Origin: Burkholderiaceae bacterium
GTDB lineage: Bacteria; Pseudomonadota; Gammaproteobacteria; Burkholderiales; Burkholderiaceae_E
Direction of reading: 5' to 3'
DNA: 64,000 nucleotides
Assembly: GCA_032027205.1 (NCBI GenBank)
Contig: JAVSMN010000001.1
Span: 1,439,300 to 1,503,299, forward strand
Notes under the pieces: model-generated
What the model was told of the DNA's origin: nothing
The model's input: the letters and a program-made list of their open reading frames with translations, nothing else
Database searches by the model: none
Shown here: piece by piece, positions 60,044 through 64,000 of the stretch
Numbering within the stretch: position 1 is the first letter of the stretch
How the letters are laid out: each line of letters starts with the position of its first letter
Made by a program: the position numbers and the translations under genes

Positions 60044-62505
60044 GGAGACGTCACCGGTTCGTGCGCTGTCGTGGGCCCGACGGCGTGCGCGCGGGCGGCG
60101 TCGGCGCGCGGACGCGCAGCGCGGCCGGCTGCGCCGTCCGGCGCGTGCGGGCTTGCCGGGCGTGTCCCGCCCTGGCAGGCGCGTGCGGTAACGAGCGGCG
60201 CGAGGTCCACCGCCTGGCCGAGCCAGTGCTCGATCGGCGCGGGACGCGCCAGAACGAAGCCCTGCGCGTAGTCCATTCGCACGCGCAACAGGAAGGCGAG
60301 CGCCGGCACGTCCTCGACCCATTCGGCCACGCACGCCATGCCGAGTTCTTCCGTGAGCCGGCGGATGCCGCTGACGATGACCTGGTTGCGCGGTTGCGCG
60401 TCGATGCCCGGCATGAACTGGCCGTCGATCTTCACCAGCGAAGCGGGCAGCTCGCGCAGGTAGGCGAACGACGAGTAGCCGGCGCCGAAGTCGTCGAGCG
60501 CGATACGCACCCCGAGCGAACGCATCCGCTCGACGAAACGGCCCGTGCTGCGCACGTCGAACATCGCGACCGACTCGGTGATCTCCAGGCACACGCGGGG
60601 CGCCACGACGGGACAGTCGCGCAGCAGCGCGTGCGCATCGGCGAGGAAATGCTCGTCGTTCAGCGAGATGCCGCTGAGGTTCACGGTGATGAAGTCGATC
60701 TTCGCCGCATGCTCCCGGTTCTCGTCCAGGTGCTGCAGCGTGCGTTCGAGCATGTGCCAGTCGATGCGCCGCATCGCGCCGTGGCGCTCGGCGGCGGCGA
60801 TCAGGCGTCCCGGCGGCAGGAAAGAGCCGTTCTCGTCGCGCTCGCGAAGCAGCACTTCGTAGGACATCGATGCGTGCTCGCGCCCAGGGCGGCGCAACGG
60901 AACGATCGGCTGCGCGAAGACCGCGATGCGCTCGATCGGCAAGCTCGTGCGCAGGCGCAGGCCCAGTTCGACCTCGGCGCGATAGCGCGCAAGATGCTCG
61001 CCGGACGACTGCGCAGCGGCGATCCCGCTGTCGCGATCGCGAGCCGCCTCGCGGCAGGTTGCGCTCGCGTAGGCGATCAATTCGGCGGCGCCCATGTCGG
61101 CGGCGAGTTCGACCACTCCGGTGCTGGCAGCGACGCGAATGCGCTTGCCGTCGACCTCATAGGCATCGGCGACGATTGCCGCGCGCGTTGCCTGCGCGAC
61201 GAGCCTCGCGCGGTCGAGCGGGCAATCGGGCAGCACGACGAGGAACTCGTCGCCGCCCAGGCGCGCGATCGATGCGCCCGCTGGCACGCTCGCCTCGATG
61301 CGGCGTGCGACCTCGGCGACCAGCGCGTTGCCCGCAGCGTGACCGAAGACATCGTTGACCGCCTTGAAGCGACGCAGATCGACGTAGAAGAGCGACGCGA
61401 CCTCGCCCGCCGCGACCCGTGCGGCCACTCGCCGGATTTCGCGCTCGAGCCCGTGCAGATTCAGTTGCTCGGTAAGCGAGTCGTGATAGGCCATGTGCTC
61501 GAGCGTCTGCGCGAGCAGCGTGCGCTCGGTCACGTCGACGAAGCTGATCTCGATGGCGTCGGCAGCCAGCAGGGCGTCCACTTCGACGATGCGCTCGGCG
61601 TCGGCGAAGGCCACGCGAACCTCGCAGCGGTGGCGCCCCTGCCCCATCGTCTGCGCGAGCAGGGCGCCGGCGCGCTCCTCGCCGAGCAGCACGCCGAGCG
61701 TGTTGACGCGGCCCTGGCGCAACAGGCCCTTGAACAGCAGGCTCGCCTGGTCGTTCCAGCGCTGGATCTGACCGGCCAGGTCGACCGACAGCAGCGCCAC
61801 CGGCGCCGAGTAATAGACGTGCCGGTACTTGCGCGCCGAATCGAGCAGGTTGCGCTGCGTGCGGCTCTGCTGGCTGCGCTCCGCATAGGCGGACTGCGAA
61901 GCAACCGCGATCACGCACGCGAGAAGCGCCAGCGCACCCAGGCGTGCGTCGAGCATCGGTTGCGCGTGCGAGGAAGCGGAGGCGTCGAGCGCCGCGACGA
62001 TGCCGACCGAGTGCAGCAGATAGCCCAGCGCGAAGACGAGCAGCGGCAGGTACGCGCGCGACGACTGGGCCGCAGCCAATCCGGCGAGTACTGAGACGAC
62101 GAGCGCCGTCACGAGGTAACCCACCTCGGCGAAGCGAAACGGCGCGAAGAAAGCGGCGGCGCCCAGGGCGGCGGCGAAGCCGACCACCGGCGACAAGCGC
62201 AGCGCACGGCGCAGCCTCGCCGCACTCGACTCACGCTCGATGAAGGCGAGGACCAGCTCGACGCCGGCGATCGAAAATGCCAGCCAGAGGACGACGCGCA
62301 CGAGCGCGCCGAACGAAGTTGCGGTCAGCTCTTCGAAGGACGCCGGGAGGACCTGGGGCGCGGCGCACAGCACCCACAGGACGAGCCACGCCGCCAGGCA
62401 AAGCGTCTGGTGCGCGCGCTGGCTCCAGGAAGGACCCAGCGCGCGCGCTGCCGAGCTCAGCGAGCGCCCGACAACGATCCTTCCCATGGCAGGAAATGCG
62501 AGCAT
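60040..62505 (-). CDS. Membrane-bound PAS / GGDEF / EAL c-di-GMP turnover protein
   Basis: An N-terminal polytopic region, then GGDEF (..RLGGDEFLVV..) and EAL (..YEVLLR.., ..DDFGAGYSS..) domains. The start is uncertain (taken at MLAFPAMGR). The stop overlaps the kinase start (ATGA). Confidence 0.8.
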   Translation of the reverse strand: MLAFPAMGRIVVGRSLSSAARALGPSWSQRAHQTLCLAAWLVLWVLCAAPQVLPASFEELTATSFGALVRVVLWLAFSIAGVELVLAFIERESSAARLRRALRLSPVVGFAAALGAAAFFAPFRFAEVGYLVTALVVSVLAGLAAAQSSRAYLPLLVFALGYLLHSVGIVAALDASASSHAQPMLDARLGALALLACVIAVASQSAYAERSQQSRTQRNLLDSARKYRHVYYSAPVALLSVDLAGQIQRWNDQASLLFKGLLRQGRVNTLGVLLGEERAGALLAQTMGQGRHRCEVRVAFADAERIVEVDALLAADAIEISFVDVTERTLLAQTLEHMAYHDSLTEQLNLHGLEREIRRVAARVAAGEVASLFYVDLRRFKAVNDVFGHAAGNALVAEVARRIEASVPAGASIARLGGDEFLVVLPDCPLDRARLVAQATRAAIVADAYEVDGKRIRVAASTGVVELAADMGAAELIAYASATCREAARDRDSGIAAAQSSGEHLARYRAEVELGLRLRTSLPIERIAVFAQPIVPLRRPGREHASMSYEVLLRERDENGSFLPPGRLIAAAERHGAMRRIDWHMLERTLQHLDENREHAAKIDFITVNLSGISLNDEHFLADAHALLRDCPVVAPRVCLEITESVAMFDVRSTGRFVERMRSLGVRIALDDFGAGYSSFAYLRELPASLVKIDGQFMPGIDAQPRNQVIVSGIRRLTEELGMACVAEWVEDVPALAFLLRVRMDYAQGFVLARPAPIEHWLGQAVDLAPLVTARACQGGTRPASPHAPDGAAGRAARPRADAARAHAVGPTTAHEPVTSP

Positions 62506-62698
62506 TGCTCCGACGAATGCCTTCTCTTTCGCCTGCCGCGCGGATTGCGCAGCTTCGGTTGGCGAATCCTTCGCGAGGATCTCGCGCCGGTCGGCGCGGA
62601 GCTGGAGGCGGCGGACGATCGGGCGACCGGTGGGGATGCGCGGCGTGCCGTTGTCGTTTGCGGCCCAGCGCAAGCGCCGAGCGGTTCAGCCGCCCAAC

Positions 62699-64000
62699 CT
62701 ACGTGGGCCGAGCGAGCAGCGCGCGCAGGTTGGCCAGCCGCACCTTGCCCATTTCCTGACTGACGGCCTGCGCCGGGGACGGCGATGCATCGAGCTGCAT
62801 CTCGGCGAGGAAGCGCGACGGCAGTTGCGCGAGGTGCTCGCGGCCGCGCTTGCGCTTGCGGCACCAGGTGAGCGTGAGGCTGCGCTGCGCGCGCGTGACG
62901 GCGACATACATCAGGCGGCGTTCTTCCTCGATGCGCTGGGCCTGCGCGTCGGCGTGCAATATTTCACGCTCGCGTACGGCGCTGGGCGTACGCTCGCGCA
63001 CGACGCTCGATGCACGCTCGCGCTCGCCGTCGCCGGCAGTCGCGTCGTCGTCCGCGGACGTGGCCGAAGCATCGCCGCGATGCGGCAGCAGCCCTTCCTC
63101 GCAGCCGACGACGAACACGTGCGCGAACTCGAGTCCCTTGGCGGCGTGGATCGTCGTCAGGCGCACCGCGTCGAGCTCGGTGTCGCGTCGGTCGAGCTGC
63201 GAGAGCAGCGCGACGGTCTGCGCGAGCTTGAGCAGCGTGGCGCCGTCCTCTTCGGCACGCTTCTTCATCCAGTCGACGAAGTCGCAGACGTTCTGCCAGC
63301 GCGAGGCGGCGACCTTGTCGTCGTTCGTGCCGAACAGATGCGCCTTGTAGTCGATCGCCGACACGAAATCGTCGAGCACCTGAGCGGCCGGCTCCTTGCC
63401 GGCGCGCCAGTTCATCCGGTTGACGAACTCGCCGAACTCGCGCAGCGGCTCGAGTTGTCGCGCAGCGACACGCGACTCGAATCCGGTTTCGAAGAGCGCC
63501 GCGAACATGGAAACGTTGCGCTCGCCGGCGTAGGCGCCGAGCGCCTGCAGGCTCGCGGTGCCCACGCCGCGCTTGGGCGTCGTCACCGCGCGGATGAACG
63601 CCGGATCGTCGTCGTCGTTGGCGAGCAAGCGAAGGTAGGCGAGCAGGTCGCGGATCTCGGCGCGCTCGAAGAACGACTGCCCGCCTGAGAGAACGTACGG
63701 GATCTTCTCCTTGCGCAGCGCCTGCTCGAAGATGCGCGCCTGGTGGTTGCCGCGATACAGGATCGCGTAGTCGGCGAACTTCGCGCGCCGCTCGAAGCGA
63801 TGCGCCTGCAGGCGCATCACGACCGATTCGGCTTCGGCTTCGTCGTCTTCGCAGGGCACGACCTGCACCGGATCACCGGGCCCGAGCTCGGACCACAGCT
63901 TCTTCGCGTGCAGCTTCGGGTTGTGCTCGATCAGCCGGTTCGCTGCGCGAAGAATGTTCACGCTCGAACGATAGTTCTGCTCGAGCTTGACGACCTTCAA
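62699..64000 (-). CDS. rep: ATP-dependent DNA helicase Rep (UvrD/Rep family); C-terminal ~433 aa, the 5' part lies outside the window
   Basis: ..LEQNYRSSVNILRAANRLIEHNP..YRGNHQARIFEQAL..IPY.LSGG.SFF.R.EI.DLLAYLRL..TIHAAKGLEF..VAVTRAQ.. is colinear with Rep as I recall it. Confidence 0.85.
   Translation of the reverse strand: MKVVKLEQNYRSSVNILRAANRLIEHNPKLHAKKLWSELGPGDPVQVVPCEDDEAEAESVVMRLQAHRFERRAKFADYAILYRGNHQARIFEQALRKEKIPYVLSGGQSFFERAEIRDLLAYLRLLANDDDDPAFIRAVTTPKRGVGTASLQALGAYAGERNVSMFAALFETGFESRVAARQLEPLREFGEFVNRMNWRAGKEPAAQVLDDFVSAIDYKAHLFGTNDDKVAASRWQNVCDFVDWMKKRAEEDGATLLKLAQTVALLSQLDRRDTELDAVRLTTIHAAKGLEFAHVFVVGCEEGLLPHRGDASATSADDDATAGDGERERASSVVRERTPSAVREREILHADAQAQRIEEERRLMYVAVTRAQRSLTLTWCRKRKRGREHLAQLPSRFLAEMQLDASPSPAQAVSQEMGKVRLANLRALLARPT

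Overview
High-GC proteobacterial chromosomal segment. Spot counts on 60-nt lines give about 70% GC in core genes. Gene content looks Betaproteobacteria/Burkholderiales-like, but that is inference only.

- **1-13.4 kb:** housekeeping and metabolic genes. These are a PfkB kinase, a cystathionine beta-synthase plus gamma-lyase pair, several c-type cytochromes, an amidase, an enoyl-CoA hydratase, and a LivK/H/M/G/F-type ABC importer. The livG-livK spacer of that importer is filled by large nested palindromic repeats.
- **13.4-24.3 kb:** a thioredoxin-domain protein, an SDR, a MoaD-like/BNR-propeller pair, a PNPOx plus PNPOx-GAF pair, a hemerythrin, a TetR regulator, a cupin, a pyruvyl transferase and a DsrE-like protein.
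- **24.3-32.6 kb:** a complete extracellular-electron-transfer locus. It comprises a monohaem cytochrome c, a CymA-like tetrahaem, MtrC, MtrA, MtrB and a CcmI/NrfG-like TPR protein. It is preceded by a perfect FNR-type box and bordered by a decayed phospholipase-D gene.
- **32.6-42.5 kb:** a minus-strand run of small detox-type enzymes interspersed with gene relics.
- **42.5-52.8 kb (most interesting part):** a relic chromosomal integron.
  - The intI pseudogene retains a perfect LexA box.
  - The cassette array is divergently oriented, with at least five recognisable attC sites.
  - Three promoter-proximal cassettes are low-GC and of unknown function; one encodes an Mrr-like nuclease fusion.
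  - An IS21 element and two head-to-head IS3-family elements have inserted into the array.
- **52.9-64 kb:** YbjQ, a CSD-DUF1294 protein, an MFS transporter, a sigma-54 activator, a translationally coupled GGDEF-EAL / Ser-Thr kinase / lipoprotein operon, and a partial Rep helicase.

I recognised no rRNA, tRNA or CRISPR array. All family calls come from reading the translations; no database search was run.
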